A stretch of DNA of 64,000 nucleotides from an uncultured Halanaerobiales bacterium (GCA_964430875.1 CAYSHP010000006.1:5699-69698), one strand, 5' to 3'. Shown: positions 20,788-31,733, counted from the stretch's first letter. The notes: generated by a model not told the origin, from the letters alone. Translations and numbers: made by a program.

Positions 20788-22167
20788 TTATTTAATACTT
20801 ACTAATTTACCCCAATCAAAATCACTATTAACATTATTATTACAATAAACTATGTTACCTCTAACTATCGTATATTTAATTTCCCCTTTTAAATTTGTAT
20901 TATCATAAAGATGAGCAATGTTTTTAGCTTTTGTATAAAAGTTTTCTTTTTTAATTACATATTTTTCATTTAAATCCAAAATTACTAAGTCCGCATCACT
21001 TCCAGTTTCTATTAAACCTTTCTGGGGATACATATTAAATATTTTAGCAGGATTTTCAGATAATAATTCAATACATCTAGAAAATTCTAATTTCCCTTCT
21101 AATACTGCATTTAGCATTAAGGGTAATCTCATTTCTATACCTGGAAAACCAGCAGGTGCATTAAAAATGTTATCTAAACCTTTTTCTTTTTCTTCTAACA
21201 GATAAGGAGCATGGTCACTACCTATAATATCAATAGTCCCATCATTTATGTACTTCCATAAATTGTCTCTATTTTCTATAGATCTCAAAGGCGGATTGCA
21301 ATTTGCATAAGGTCCTAATTTTTTTAAGTCTTCCTCTGATTTAAAAAGATAATGAGGACATGTTTCTAAAATTATGTCTTGACCTTTTTGTTTAGCGCTT
21401 TTAATTAATCTTACTGCCTCAACCGTAGAAATATGGACAAATTCTATTTGTAAATCAAAATAATCTGCCAATCTAATCAGTTTTTCTACTGTTAAAATTT
21501 CTGTAATAGGAGGTCTAGCTAATGCATGAGAAAAATAATCTGTTTTGTTATCTTTAAGTAAACTTCTTATATTATACTTTATTATCTCATTGTTTTCTGC
21601 ATGAAAAGCACAAACCTTATTAGTTTTAGCTAGTTTTTCAAATCCAGCCCAAATTTCACCATCATTTCTCATAGTTAAACCAATAAATTCTTTTTCTCTA
21701 CCTGGTTGTGGATCTTGCAAAAATGTTTTAAAGGCAACAATATTGCTTTTAGCAATTTCTTCAATACAATCTAACCTATCGAAACCAGCTGCACCATAAA
21801 AAGCAAAATCAACAATAGAATTATTCTCAGCTAAATTAATACGTTTGTTTAAGATCTCTGATGAATATGGGGGTGGAGTTGAAATTGGATGTTCAATAAA
21901 AGTTGTAACTCCTCCAGCAGCCGCTGCTTTAGAACCAGTTCTGAAATCTTCTCTTTCTGTATGGCCTGGATCTCTAAAATGCACATGGGGGTCAATAGTG
22001 CCGGGGATAATATATTTATTTTTTGCATCTATTACATTTTTAGTTTTTTCCCCTTGATAACTATTTTTAATAGCTTTTATTTTACCTTTATCTACTAAAA
22101 TATCTTTGCGGATAAATTTATCATCATAATAGATATATGCATCTTTTATATGTAAATCAATAGTCAT
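20788..22167 (-). CDS. Cyclic amidohydrolase (allantoinase/hydantoinase/dihydroorotase family)
   Basis: PGTIDPHVHFRDPG..AAAAGGVTT metal-binding motif. AFKTF is the site of the carboxylated Lys. GSDHAP present. Start set at MTIDL (GGGGGT SD). Confidence 0.8.
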   Translation of the reverse strand: MTIDLHIKDAYIYYDDKFIRKDILVDKGKIKAIKNSYQGEKTKNVIDAKNKYIIPGTIDPHVHFRDPGHTEREDFRTGSKAAAAGGVTTFIEHPISTPPPYSSEILNKRINLAENNSIVDFAFYGAAGFDRLDCIEEIAKSNIVAFKTFLQDPQPGREKEFIGLTMRNDGEIWAGFEKLAKTNKVCAFHAENNEIIKYNIRSLLKDNKTDYFSHALARPPITEILTVEKLIRLADYFDLQIEFVHISTVEAVRLIKSAKQKGQDIILETCPHYLFKSEEDLKKLGPYANCNPPLRSIENRDNLWKYINDGTIDIIGSDHAPYLLEEKEKGLDNIFNAPAGFPGIEMRLPLMLNAVLEGKLEFSRCIELLSENPAKIFNMYPQKGLIETGSDADLVILDLNEKYVIKKENFYTKAKNIAHLYDNTNLKGEIKYTIVRGNIVYCNNNVNSDFDWGKLVSIK

Positions 22168-22187
22168 AATGTAACCCCCATGCAAAT

Positions 22188-23444
22188 CTAATTTGTATCT
22201 TTAACAATATCACCATCTTTTATTATCATCATTATATTTTCAGTTTTTGTTAATGTTTCTATATTTTCGATGGGATTTTCCTTAACTATAATAATATCCG
22301 CTAATTTCCCTTCTGAAACTGTACCAATTTTATCTTCTAAGCCTAAGGCTTCAGCTGCCATTCGTGTAGAGGAATCTATTACTTCCATTTCATCCATGCC
22401 AGCTTTAACAAATTCAACTAACTCCCTAGCATTAGTTCCATGGTCTACCATAGGCATACCAGCATCTGAACCGGCAGCTATCTTAACTCCCGCTCGATAA
22501 GCACGTTTAAAACTATCCAGCCTCTTTTCTCTACTTATAAGCGCCTTTTTAATAATATAATCTGGTAATGGACAATTATCACCTAATTCTATTATTTTAC
22601 CACTATATGAAAATGTCGGTATTAAAAATATTCCTTTTTTTAACATAAACTCAATATCAGTATCTTCTAACTCTGTTCCGTGTTCCAAAGTATCACAACC
22701 ACTTTGTAAGGCTAATTTCACTCCTTTTGTTCCATGAGCATGGGCGGAAACCTTTAAACCTAAGTTATGAGCTTCAGATACAACTACTTTCATCTCTTCA
22801 TTTGTATAGGTCTGTGAATCGGGTGAAGAAGATTTTCTAAATGTTCTTCCACTTGTCATCACCTTAATTAAATCAACTCCGAGGGTAGATAATTCCCTAA
22901 TAGCTCTTCTTATTTCAGCTGGTGAATCCATTGTATGACGGCTTTTTATTTCTACACCAGGAGGGTAGACTTTAAAATCGGCCCCGGTTGGTATAACTTT
23001 ATAGCCACTAACAATCATACGGGGGCCTTCAATAAAACCTTCATTGATTCCATCTCTTATTCCTAAATCAATTAGGTTTTCAGCACCTAAATCTCTTATT
23101 GTAGTATAACCTGACATTAATGTTCTTTTAGCATTATACTGAGCCTTTACTGTTTGATAAGGCACTGGAACTGATATTAATTCCAACTCTCCTTCACCTT
23201 GATTTAATTGAATATGAGTGTGAGCATCTATTAAGCCAGGCATAACGTATTTATTTTCAGCATGAATAAATAATGTATTATTTTCATTTGGTATTTCAAC
23301 TTCATCTTTTAATCCAACTTTAGTTATTTTGTTATTTTTTATAACAATAACTGCTCCTTCAATATTATTACCATTTCCATCAAGTAAATGACCGGCATAT
23401 ATAACCTTATACTGTTTTTCATTCAACTTGATCACATCTGTCAT
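22188..23444 (-). CDS. Amidohydrolase-superfamily metal-dependent hydrolase
   Basis: PGLIDAHTHI, SAHAHG and AAGSDAG motifs. Overlaps the upstream gene by 26 nt. Confidence 0.75.
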   Translation of the reverse strand: MTDVIKLNEKQYKVIYAGHLLDGNGNNIEGAVIVIKNNKITKVGLKDEVEIPNENNTLFIHAENKYVMPGLIDAHTHIQLNQGEGELELISVPVPYQTVKAQYNAKRTLMSGYTTIRDLGAENLIDLGIRDGINEGFIEGPRMIVSGYKVIPTGADFKVYPPGVEIKSRHTMDSPAEIRRAIRELSTLGVDLIKVMTSGRTFRKSSSPDSQTYTNEEMKVVVSEAHNLGLKVSAHAHGTKGVKLALQSGCDTLEHGTELEDTDIEFMLKKGIFLIPTFSYSGKIIELGDNCPLPDYIIKKALISREKRLDSFKRAYRAGVKIAAGSDAGMPMVDHGTNARELVEFVKAGMDEMEVIDSSTRMAAEALGLEDKIGTVSEGKLADIIIVKENPIENIETLTKTENIMMIIKDGDIVKDTN

Positions 23445-24627
23445 TTAGAAGTTCTAAAGCTGTATTTACAAAAACTTTTACGCCTTGTTTTAATACCGTA
23501 TCATCAAAATCAAAGTAAGGGCTGTGTAACTGTTTTTCTTCTCCTTTTTTGCCTGTACCTAGCCACATAAAACAGGCAGGTTTTTTCTTGGCAAAGAAAG
23601 CAAAATCTTCACCAGTAGGGGCTGGTCTAACGAGTTCAACAAAATTATTTTCTCCAAGTGAGTTAATTATAGCCTTTTTTGCGCTTAAAAAAACCTTTTC
23701 ATTATTTATTAAAGGAGGATAACTAAAAATGTAATCTAATACTGCTTTCCCACCTAAACCCGAAGCAGTTTTTTCCGTTATATTCCTTAACTTTTCATAT
23801 ATTATTTCTCTTATAGAATCATCAAAGGTTCTCACTGTTCCTTCTAATGTAACGGTTTCTGGTATTGCATTATATCTTGTCCCCCCTTTGAAGACTCCGA
23901 TTGAAATAACAGCTTGTTCAAAAGGGTCAATGTTTCTACTAACGATAGTTTGTATATTACTGATTATCTCAGCTCCAATAACAATTGGATCTATACCAAG
24001 ATAGGGCTGTGAAGCATGAACCCCCTTACCTGTTATATTAATTGTAAATGGGTCAGAAGCCCCCATGATAACTCCACTTTTAGTTGCTACTTTTCCAAAT
24101 TCTAAATTAGGCCAAAGGTGCATACCTATAATAGCATCAACATCAGGTGCTTTAAGTACTTCTTCTTCTATCATATATTGAGCACCACCGCCATTAGGAG
24201 CATCTTCTTCTGCTGGTTGAAATATAATTTTAATATTACCTTTAAATTTATCTTTCATCTCATTTAAAACTTTAGCAGCCCCTAATCCCATGGCTATATG
24301 ACCATCATGACCACATGCATGCATTAGACCTTTTTCTTTAGAAGCATATTCTACATTATTTTTTTCTCCTATTTCAAGCGCATCAATATCACATCTTATT
24401 GCTATTGTTTTACAATTATTTTTTTTACCTCTTATTAATCCCACTACCCCAGTATTATAATAACCAGATTGATATTCTATGTCTAGTTCATCTAATATTT
24501 TAACTATCTTTTTAGATGTATTATGTTCTTTTCTACTAGGCTCAGGATGAGCATGAAAATACCTTCTTTTCTCTATAATCCATTTCTCATTTTCTTCAAT
24601 TAATTTATTAAATTTTTTATCCATCAC
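23419..24627 (-). CDS. M20D amidohydrolase (N-acyl-amino-acid amidohydrolase/hippuricase-like)
   Basis: YFHAHPE, MHACGHDGH and FQPAEE motifs. Confidence 0.8.
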   Translation of the reverse strand: MMDKKFNKLIEENEKWIIEKRRYFHAHPEPSRKEHNTSKKIVKILDELDIEYQSGYYNTGVVGLIRGKKNNCKTIAIRCDIDALEIGEKNNVEYASKEKGLMHACGHDGHIAMGLGAAKVLNEMKDKFKGNIKIIFQPAEEDAPNGGGAQYMIEEEVLKAPDVDAIIGMHLWPNLEFGKVATKSGVIMGASDPFTINITGKGVHASQPYLGIDPIVIGAEIISNIQTIVSRNIDPFEQAVISIGVFKGGTRYNAIPETVTLEGTVRTFDDSIREIIYEKLRNITEKTASGLGGKAVLDYIFSYPPLINNEKVFLSAKKAIINSLGENNFVELVRPAPTGEDFAFFAKKKPACFMWLGTGKKGEEKQLHSPYFDFDDTVLKQGVKVFVNTALELLNDRCDQVE

Positions 24628-24652
24628 AACCCCCTATTTTTTAATAAGAGAA

Positions 24653-26602
24653 TTATATTTCTTGATTTACCATCTGTTCTTCCTCGCTTTGTTCTAATTG
24701 ATAATCTTTAGCTTTTCTTCTGTGGTATATATATACAACTGCCCCTATTATTAATCCAGGTATCCTAAAATAAGGTTCAGGTGTGATTAATAGAAAAGCA
24801 ACTACTCCAAAAATTCCTCTTTCTATTAAAGAAAGTGGTTTTTTTAACATCCCGATTATTGTTATTGCAGCAAAGTATAATCCTATTGCTAAACTGATAG
24901 CTGAATATATATAATTACCGAGAGTAAAATCAATCATCAAAATAACAGGATTATATATAAACATATACGGTAATAATAAGCCGGCTGCACCTAATAAGAA
25001 ACCATATTGAGCAATCTTATTTGTATCTGCATTAGCAATTGCTCCCGCTGTAAAGGAAGTAAGTGCAACAGGTGGAATTACAGCTGACATAATCCCAAAA
25101 TAAAATGAGAAGAAGTGAGCAGATAAAACTGGTACACCTAATAACATTAAGGCCGGTGCTGCAATTGTAGAAGTTACTATATAACAAGCAGGTCCTGGTA
25201 ATCCCATACCTAAAATAATAGCCACTACCATTGATAAAATAGCCGTAAGTGCTAAGCTGCCACCTGCCATATCAACGATATTATAACCAATTACCTGTCC
25301 AATTCCAGTCATTCCAACCGATCCAATAATAAAGCCTACTATACCACAAATAATAGCAATTGAAGCTGCATTTCTTGCACCTTCACTTAAAGCTTGTATG
25401 ATTTGATTAAAAGACAATCTGGTTTCTTTTCTAATAGCTGCAACAGCTATGTTAGAAATTATACCAATAAATGCTGCCATTACTGGACTATAACCGATAA
25501 GTAATGAACCGATTATTAAAACTAGGGGAAGTATCAAGTGTCCTCTTTTCAAAAGGACTTCTTTTAATTTAGGTAACTTATCTTCATCTATACCCAACAA
25601 GCCCATTTTAGCTGCCCTTAAGTCTACCATATGATAAAGAGTAAAATAATAAAGTATCGAGGGAGTAATCGCAGCAATAATTATTCTATTATAAGAGATT
25701 CCGATCAAAGAACTCATTATAAAAGCTGCTGCTCCCATAATGGGCGGCATAAGAACTCCACCAGTAGAAGCAATCGCTTCAACGGCTCCAGCAAAATATG
25801 GTTTATATCCGGTTCTTTTCATGAGAGGTATAGTAAAAGAGCCTGTGGTGGCTACATTTGCCTGTGAACTTCCATTAATAGTTCCGGTCAGAGCACTTGC
25901 AAATATAGCTACTTTGGCTGGGCCTCCTCTTGCTTTTCCAGCTAATGCTGTAGCAAAGTCATTAAAAAATTCAGAAGCACCTGTTGCTTTTAAGAAACTG
26001 GCAAATAATATGAACATGAATATATAGGAGGCAGATACCATTACTGCAACTCCCAAGATTCCTTCTGAAGTCATGGTCATCCTTACTAAAATTCTTTCTA
26101 AACCAAAGCCTCTATGAGCAAAATCACCAGGCATATAAGGTCCGAAATATACATAAAATAAAAATAACACCGATAACATAGTTAAGGGTAAGCCAACAGT
26201 TCTTCTGGCTGCTTCAATTAATAATATAGCTATTACTATCCCATATAAAAAATCATATGGATTAGGTTGCATCATAGACTCTACTAATCTCATATAAGAG
26301 AAGAAAAAATAGGCTCCACAGGCTAATGCAAGTCCAAATAGTATCCAATCAATTGATGATGGCCTATTTTGAGGAGATTTTTTTGTAGCTGGTCTTGTTA
26401 AAAAAACTAATCCCATTAATAAAGTCAAATGCATAATGTTTTTCTGCACGACTCCTAAAAGACCAAAACTATTATACCAAATATGTAATAAGGAAATTAC
26501 TACAGAAAATACTAAAACAAATAATGCAATTTTACCTGAAAATTTTCTTATATTTCTTGATTCTTCTTTTGTTTTTTTCTTTTTTTTGTCTTTTTTTGCC
26601 AT
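24653..26602 (-). CDS. TRAP transporter fused permease (TAXI-type)
   Basis: About 650-aa polytopic membrane protein with a Lys-rich N-terminus. Located next to the TAXI binding protein. Start set at MAKKDKK (GGAGGG SD). Confidence 0.8.
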   Translation of the reverse strand: MAKKDKKKKKTKEESRNIRKFSGKIALFVLVFSVVISLLHIWYNSFGLLGVVQKNIMHLTLLMGLVFLTRPATKKSPQNRPSSIDWILFGLALACGAYFFFSYMRLVESMMQPNPYDFLYGIVIAILLIEAARRTVGLPLTMLSVLFLFYVYFGPYMPGDFAHRGFGLERILVRMTMTSEGILGVAVMVSASYIFMFILFASFLKATGASEFFNDFATALAGKARGGPAKVAIFASALTGTINGSSQANVATTGSFTIPLMKRTGYKPYFAGAVEAIASTGGVLMPPIMGAAAFIMSSLIGISYNRIIIAAITPSILYYFTLYHMVDLRAAKMGLLGIDEDKLPKLKEVLLKRGHLILPLVLIIGSLLIGYSPVMAAFIGIISNIAVAAIRKETRLSFNQIIQALSEGARNAASIAIICGIVGFIIGSVGMTGIGQVIGYNIVDMAGGSLALTAILSMVVAIILGMGLPGPACYIVTSTIAAPALMLLGVPVLSAHFFSFYFGIMSAVIPPVALTSFTAGAIANADTNKIAQYGFLLGAAGLLLPYMFIYNPVILMIDFTLGNYIYSAISLAIGLYFAAITIIGMLKKPLSLIERGIFGVVAFLLITPEPYFRIPGLIIGAVVYIYHRRKAKDYQLEQSEEEQMVNQEI

Positions 26603-26691
26603 CAATATCCCTCCACTAAGGGTAATATTCATAATCTAATATAAATCAATAGGACCTGATCAATTAGCTGATCAGGCCCCTATGTTATTAA

Positions 26692-27699
26692 CTACATCAT
26701 TTCTGGTGGAACTAATTCATCCGGTACATCAATACCTTGGTCTCTGTAAAATCTAACTGCACCTGCATGTAAAGGTGCTCCAGAAAGACCATTTATAGCT
26801 TCTCCAACAGTCATTACTTCCAAAGCAGCCTGTCTTTGTTTTAATTCATCTAGTTTTTCAAGATAGATTACTTCTAACATCTTATAAACTAAGTCTTCAT
26901 CAATACTCTTTTCTGCAATTAAGGAACTTTTGAATCCTACTAGGTTTAAATCTTCGTCCTGTCCAGGATACGTACCCGCAGAAATTACGATTCTAGCATA
27001 ATATGGTGCTACCTCTCTTAATTTTGCTAAATCTTCATCGGTAAATTCTACCATGCCAACTTCAGTAGGACTAGCATAAACTTGTGATACTGCTGAAGTA
27101 GGATAGCTAGCACCTAAATAACAGGCATCTATAAGATTATTTTGTAAAGCCTGTACTGAATTACTATAACCTAAATACTGATTATTAAAGTCATCAAATG
27201 TAATTCCACCTACAACTTCAAATATTGTTGGGCAGTAAAAACTTCCTCCCCCACCTGGTGGACCTACAGCAATCTTTTTGCCTGCAAAATCTGAAATCGT
27301 TTTAATTCCTGAATCTGCTCTATATACTAACTGTACAACCTCTGGATATAAAGCTGTTATATACCTTATATTTGTTATTTCATTGCCTTCATAGTTTCCC
27401 ACTCCACGGTAAGCTTGAGAAGCAGGTACACTACCGGCAATTGCCATTTTGATTTCCTGATTTTTAAGCATCTCTAGATTTTCAGCACTTCCTCCAGATG
27501 TGTGTGCTGAAAATTGAACACCTGTACTTTCTGAGAGTTGATTATCTAATACAGTAGCTATAGCTACACCGGCTGGATAAAAAGTACCACCTGTAGAACC
27601 TGTGGCAATTCCTATAAATTCCTTACCTGATACCATTGGTACTGCTAATAATATTACCAAAATACTTATTAATAAAACTTTAATTAATCTATTATTCAC
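26692..27699 (-). CDS. TAXI-family TRAP transporter solute-binding protein
   Basis: Signal peptide plus the TGSTGGTFYPAGVAIA hallmark of TAXI proteins. Confidence 0.85.
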   Translation of the reverse strand: MNNRLIKVLLISILVILLAVPMVSGKEFIGIATGSTGGTFYPAGVAIATVLDNQLSESTGVQFSAHTSGGSAENLEMLKNQEIKMAIAGSVPASQAYRGVGNYEGNEITNIRYITALYPEVVQLVYRADSGIKTISDFAGKKIAVGPPGGGGSFYCPTIFEVVGGITFDDFNNQYLGYSNSVQALQNNLIDACYLGASYPTSAVSQVYASPTEVGMVEFTDEDLAKLREVAPYYARIVISAGTYPGQDEDLNLVGFKSSLIAEKSIDEDLVYKMLEVIYLEKLDELKQRQAALEVMTVGEAINGLSGAPLHAGAVRFYRDQGIDVPDELVPPEMM

Positions 27700-27794
27700 T
27701 ACTCAATTCCTCCTTTGATTTTTAACATAAATATTTTCAAATAACTTCTTTAATGCTCTCTACTCTCTAAGAATCACCTCCCAAAATAATATTA

Positions 27795-28571
27795 TTAGGA
27801 AATTTCTAATAAACTTATTTTATTTGAAATCTTTTCAGCTGTTTCTTTTACATCTTTAATTATTTTATCCAAACCAAATTTTTTAATCCGTTCTTCTGGC
27901 CCGGCTAGACTTAAACCATAGTTTAAACTACCATCTTGATCTAAAATTGGAGCTCCAATCCCTATTGCACCTTTATCTACTTCACCCCAGCTTATTATAT
28001 AACCCTTTTCTCTTATATCTTTTAGCTGTTTTTTTAAGATATCTGGATCAGTTATAGTATTTTCTGTATAATTTTTAAGTCTGTTAGATAAAACCTTTTC
28101 TATCTCCTCTTCACCTGCAAAAGCCAAAAGTATTTTGCCTGTAGCACCAGCATGTAAAGGAGTAGTATGTCCAGCTTTAGATGATAATTTTATTTTGTTT
28201 TTAGTTTCAACTTTTTCTATACAAACTCCGCCTATATTAGTATAAACAGATAAAAGAACAGCTTCACCTGTTTTGTCTCTTAATTTTTCCATTTCTTCAA
28301 TTGCAATATCTTTATGATTATATTGTTTTCTCATCTTGTGGGCAATTTCTAGAACCCTATATCCTAATTTATATTTTTGACTTTCACTATCTTGTATTAA
28401 TATTTCTTCTTTTTTTAATGTTTTTACTATTCGATGAACTGTACTTTTATTTAAATTAAGTGCTCTCGCTATTTCTGATATTCCTAGATACTTAATATTT
28501 TCTTCATATAAATCTAAAATCTTAAATGCTCTTTTTATGGAGTTAATATAATTTCTTTTACCACTATCCAA
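27795..28571 (-). CDS. IclR-family transcriptional regulator
   Basis: N-terminal wHTH (SIKRAFKILD..ISEIARALNLNKSTVHRIVKTL) and a C-terminal IclR effector domain. Confidence 0.88.
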   Translation of the reverse strand: MDSGKRNYINSIKRAFKILDLYEENIKYLGISEIARALNLNKSTVHRIVKTLKKEEILIQDSESQKYKLGYRVLEIAHKMRKQYNHKDIAIEEMEKLRDKTGEAVLLSVYTNIGGVCIEKVETKNKIKLSSKAGHTTPLHAGATGKILLAFAGEEEIEKVLSNRLKNYTENTITDPDILKKQLKDIREKGYIISWGEVDKGAIGIGAPILDQDGSLNYGLSLAGPEERIKKFGLDKIIKDVKETAEKISNKISLLEIS

Positions 28572-28671
28572 AATATCACCCCTGTTTATAATAATGGAAC
28601 GGTGTTTATATATTATATACTACACAAAATCACTTATTCCTCCTTATAATTATAAATTTTTTTAATAATAT

Positions 28672-28706
28672 AAAAAAAGCCCCTTTCAGATATTTAAAAA
28701 GGGACT
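28672..28706 (-). terminator. Rho-independent terminator after alaX-like gene
   Basis: Minus strand: CCCTTT-(loop)-AAAGGG hairpin followed by GCTTTTTTTAT. Confidence 0.6.
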
Positions 28707-28736
28707 CGCAAAAAAGGTTATTTTATTGTATGTTTT

Positions 28737-29936
28737 TTATAATATATTTTTAACTATTTCAAAACCTTTATCTACAGCTTCTTTAACTTTTTTTACTTTA
28801 TTTCCCCCACCTTGAGCTTTTATACTATTTCCTCCACCACGTCCATCAATATATTCTAAAGGTGTCTTTATTATTTCATTCATCTTAATTTCTGCAATAT
28901 TTTCTGATTTTGAGAATAAAAGTCGAGCAGTAGATGCTTCTTGTTGTCCAAAAATACATATAATATCATCATTTTTTGTTATTATATCAGATAACCACTG
29001 TACATCATTATAGGTAGTATCTTTAAATACCTCTTTTATTACCTTTTTGTCTTTAATTATATCTGCTTTATTTAATAAATCATCAGCCTTAAATGCTAGA
29101 AGTTTTTTGTTCATATCTTTAATTTTTTCATCTTTTTCATCTAATTCAGCCTTGATTCTTTTTATTTCACTAATTAATTCTTCATTAGGGACAGAGGTAA
29201 TATCTCTTAACTTTGTAATTATATCATTCTTAAAGTTATAGTCCTTTAAGGCTCTATTACCACAAACAAAGTCTATTCTTAGTCCACCTTTATAGTTATC
29301 AACATTTACTATCTTAATCATACCTAATTCTGCCGTACTCTTAAGATGGGTCCCACCACAAGGAGAATAATCCATCTCACCGATCTTAATTACCCTGATA
29401 TTTTCATTTACTGTTGGTTCTTTTCTTAAATTTAAGTCTTTTAAATCATCAGAATTGGGATATAAAGTTTCAACTTCTTTGTTATTATAAATATAATCAT
29501 TTACCATTTTTTCAACCAGATCAATTTTGTTTTTATTAATCTGCTGATCTAAATCTATACGCAAACTATCTTTAGATAAATTAAAGCCAACGGTATTTAA
29601 GTTGAATTGATTTTTGAAAACTGCTGATAAAAGATGTTGACCTGTATGCTGCTGCATAAAATCAAACCTTCTAGTCCAATCCACTTTACAGGCTAAGCCT
29701 TTTTTCTTTTGTGGCTTTTTGCTCAGTACATGTATTACTTCATCATTATCTTTATAAACCATATTGACATCTATTCCAGCAATTTCACCTTTGTCAGAAG
29801 GTTGACCTCCCCCTTCGGGATAAAAGCAAGTTTGGTTTAAGATAACATGGTATTTATCTTCTTTTTTTTCAATTGATAAGACATCTGCTTTAAATTCTGC
29901 CTGGTAAGGGTTTTTTTCATATAATTTTTCTGTCAT
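28737..29936 (-). CDS. Alanyl-tRNA editing protein AlaX-L (AlaRS second-additional domain + DHHA1)
   Basis: HTGQHLLS and CGGTHL zinc/editing motifs. C-terminal GGGN..AQGGG is DHHA1-like. Start set at MTEKLY (AGGTGA SD). Confidence 0.85.
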   Translation of the reverse strand: MTEKLYEKNPYQAEFKADVLSIEKKEDKYHVILNQTCFYPEGGGQPSDKGEIAGIDVNMVYKDNDEVIHVLSKKPQKKKGLACKVDWTRRFDFMQQHTGQHLLSAVFKNQFNLNTVGFNLSKDSLRIDLDQQINKNKIDLVEKMVNDYIYNNKEVETLYPNSDDLKDLNLRKEPTVNENIRVIKIGEMDYSPCGGTHLKSTAELGMIKIVNVDNYKGGLRIDFVCGNRALKDYNFKNDIITKLRDITSVPNEELISEIKRIKAELDEKDEKIKDMNKKLLAFKADDLLNKADIIKDKKVIKEVFKDTTYNDVQWLSDIITKNDDIICIFGQQEASTARLLFSKSENIAEIKMNEIIKTPLEYIDGRGGGNSIKAQGGGNKVKKVKEAVDKGFEIVKNIL

Positions 29937-29946
29937 AATATCACCT

Positions 29947-30450
29947 TTATTTATTATTTTTGTCATTATCATTGACATCTTCGAATTCTACATCTACATA
30001 ATCATCATTTTTATTATCTTTCTCATTTTTAAAGTCTGAATGAAATTGGAAATTACCAGTAGTTTTAAATTGATTGCTATTAATATATTTTTTAAATAGA
30101 TTTGTAGCTAAACGAGCAAAAATTGGTCTAGTAAAAGGTATTATTAATAAGAAACCTGTAATATCTGTAATAACCCCCGGAGTTAATAGGGTCACTCCCC
30201 CTATTAGAATTAATAATGCTTCCACCATATCACTGGTCGGAATCTGTCCTCTTGCTAATTTTTCCCTTAGTTTAGTTACTACAATTAAACCCTGATTCCG
30301 GGCTAAGGTAACTCCTACTATGCCGGTAATAGCTACTAAAGCAATTGTGGGAAGCACTCCAATATAACTACCAATTTCAATTAATAATGCTAATTCTATA
30401 ATTGGAACAATTGTAAATATTAAAAGTAATCTTATAAAAATATTTATCAC
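29947..30450 (-). CDS. fxsA: FxsA-family membrane protein
   Basis: LLIFTIVPIIELALLIEIGSYIG N-terminus typical of FxsA, with an acidic C-terminal tail. Confidence 0.8.
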   Translation of the reverse strand: MINIFIRLLLIFTIVPIIELALLIEIGSYIGVLPTIALVAITGIVGVTLARNQGLIVVTKLREKLARGQIPTSDMVEALLILIGGVTLLTPGVITDITGFLLIIPFTRPIFARLATNLFKKYINSNQFKTTGNFQFHSDFKNEKDNKNDDYVDVEFEDVNDNDKNNK

Positions 30451-30466
30451 CTTCTAATTATTTATA

Positions 30467-31723
30467 TTAAAATTCTCTTAACGCTTCTGTAGGTTCTAAT
30501 TTAGCTGCTCGACGGGCAGGAATTACACATGCTATTGTAACAACAATCAATCCTAATATAAAGCCAAATAACATGTTTTGATAAGTAAATACCGGATACA
30601 TAGTGGAACTAATGAAGATATCAGAACTGAATCCCTCTAGGGTGGAACCAAAATCAATACCTATCTTACTCATTACATTAGTTATGATCCCCCCCATAAC
30701 AGCTCCAATAAAACTTCCTATTCCTCCCATGATAGCTCCTTCTATTAGAAATAGATACAAAATTTCTCTTTTTTCAAGCCCTAGAGCACTCATCATACCT
30801 ATTTCTCTGGTTCTTTCATTTACAATCATAATCATTGTATTTATTATAACAACACTTGCTAAGATAACCAAGAAAATATAGATAAAATTATAAATGTTTT
30901 TTGCTAATTCTAGCCAACCAATTATACCACCGACTGCATTATAAGGTGAAATTATATACTTACTAACATTTTCTTGTGTAAATATTTGTTCTATATTACT
31001 TACTATTTGCGGAGTATTATCACGATGGTCAGCAAATACTAATAGCTCTGTGGTCTGTCCCTGTAATAATAGTAACCGTTGGGCCTGATCAAAGGGAATA
31101 TAAAACAAAGTTTCATTTAACTTTTGTAATGGACTATTTATTTGACCTACAATCTGAAAAGTTGCACCATTAAAGGAGTTAAAAGAATTATTAAATACTA
31201 AGGTAACTTTTTCTCCTACTTCTTTATTTAATTTATTTATTAAATCTGCACCCATGATTACTTCCATTTTACCCATTTCAACCATTCTGCCTTTATCTAT
31301 CTGTTTATCTATATCTGTTTCTTTTATTTCCTTTTGGGGATCTACTCCCCAGCCAATCATGTTTATTAATTCATCTTCAGAAGTAGTAATTGCTCCAAAT
31401 TTAATTCTAGGAACTACAGTCTCAGCATGTTCAATTTCATATATGTTTTGTATCATTTCATTTAAACTTTTATCTCCATAACCATCAACTGTATCAGTGA
31501 GTGATAAAATTCTACCCTCTAACTGATAGTCCTGTTCAATTATTTTAATATGACCGGTATCATATTGAATAGTATCTGAATAGGTTTCATTAACCATCCC
31601 CAAGATAAAACCGCGAGCAAATATTACCACCATTACTGCAAATGCAATTGCAATTATAGAAACTAGAGTTCTCAATCGATGTCGGGCTAAATTTTTATAT
31701 GCTAATCTTAAAAAATATTTCAT
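30467..31723 (-). CDS. ABC transporter permease, FtsX/MacB/LolE-like
   Basis: N-terminal TM, large extracytoplasmic domain, C-terminal FtsX 3-TM bundle, ending PARRAAKLEPTEALR. Confidence 0.85.
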   Translation of the reverse strand: MKYFLRLAYKNLARHRLRTLVSIIAIAFAVMVVIFARGFILGMVNETYSDTIQYDTGHIKIIEQDYQLEGRILSLTDTVDGYGDKSLNEMIQNIYEIEHAETVVPRIKFGAITTSEDELINMIGWGVDPQKEIKETDIDKQIDKGRMVEMGKMEVIMGADLINKLNKEVGEKVTLVFNNSFNSFNGATFQIVGQINSPLQKLNETLFYIPFDQAQRLLLLQGQTTELLVFADHRDNTPQIVSNIEQIFTQENVSKYIISPYNAVGGIIGWLELAKNIYNFIYIFLVILASVVIINTMIMIVNERTREIGMMSALGLEKREILYLFLIEGAIMGGIGSFIGAVMGGIITNVMSKIGIDFGSTLEGFSSDIFISSTMYPVFTYQNMLFGFILGLIVVTIACVIPARRAAKLEPTEALREF

Positions 31724-31733
31724 TTATGTACAC

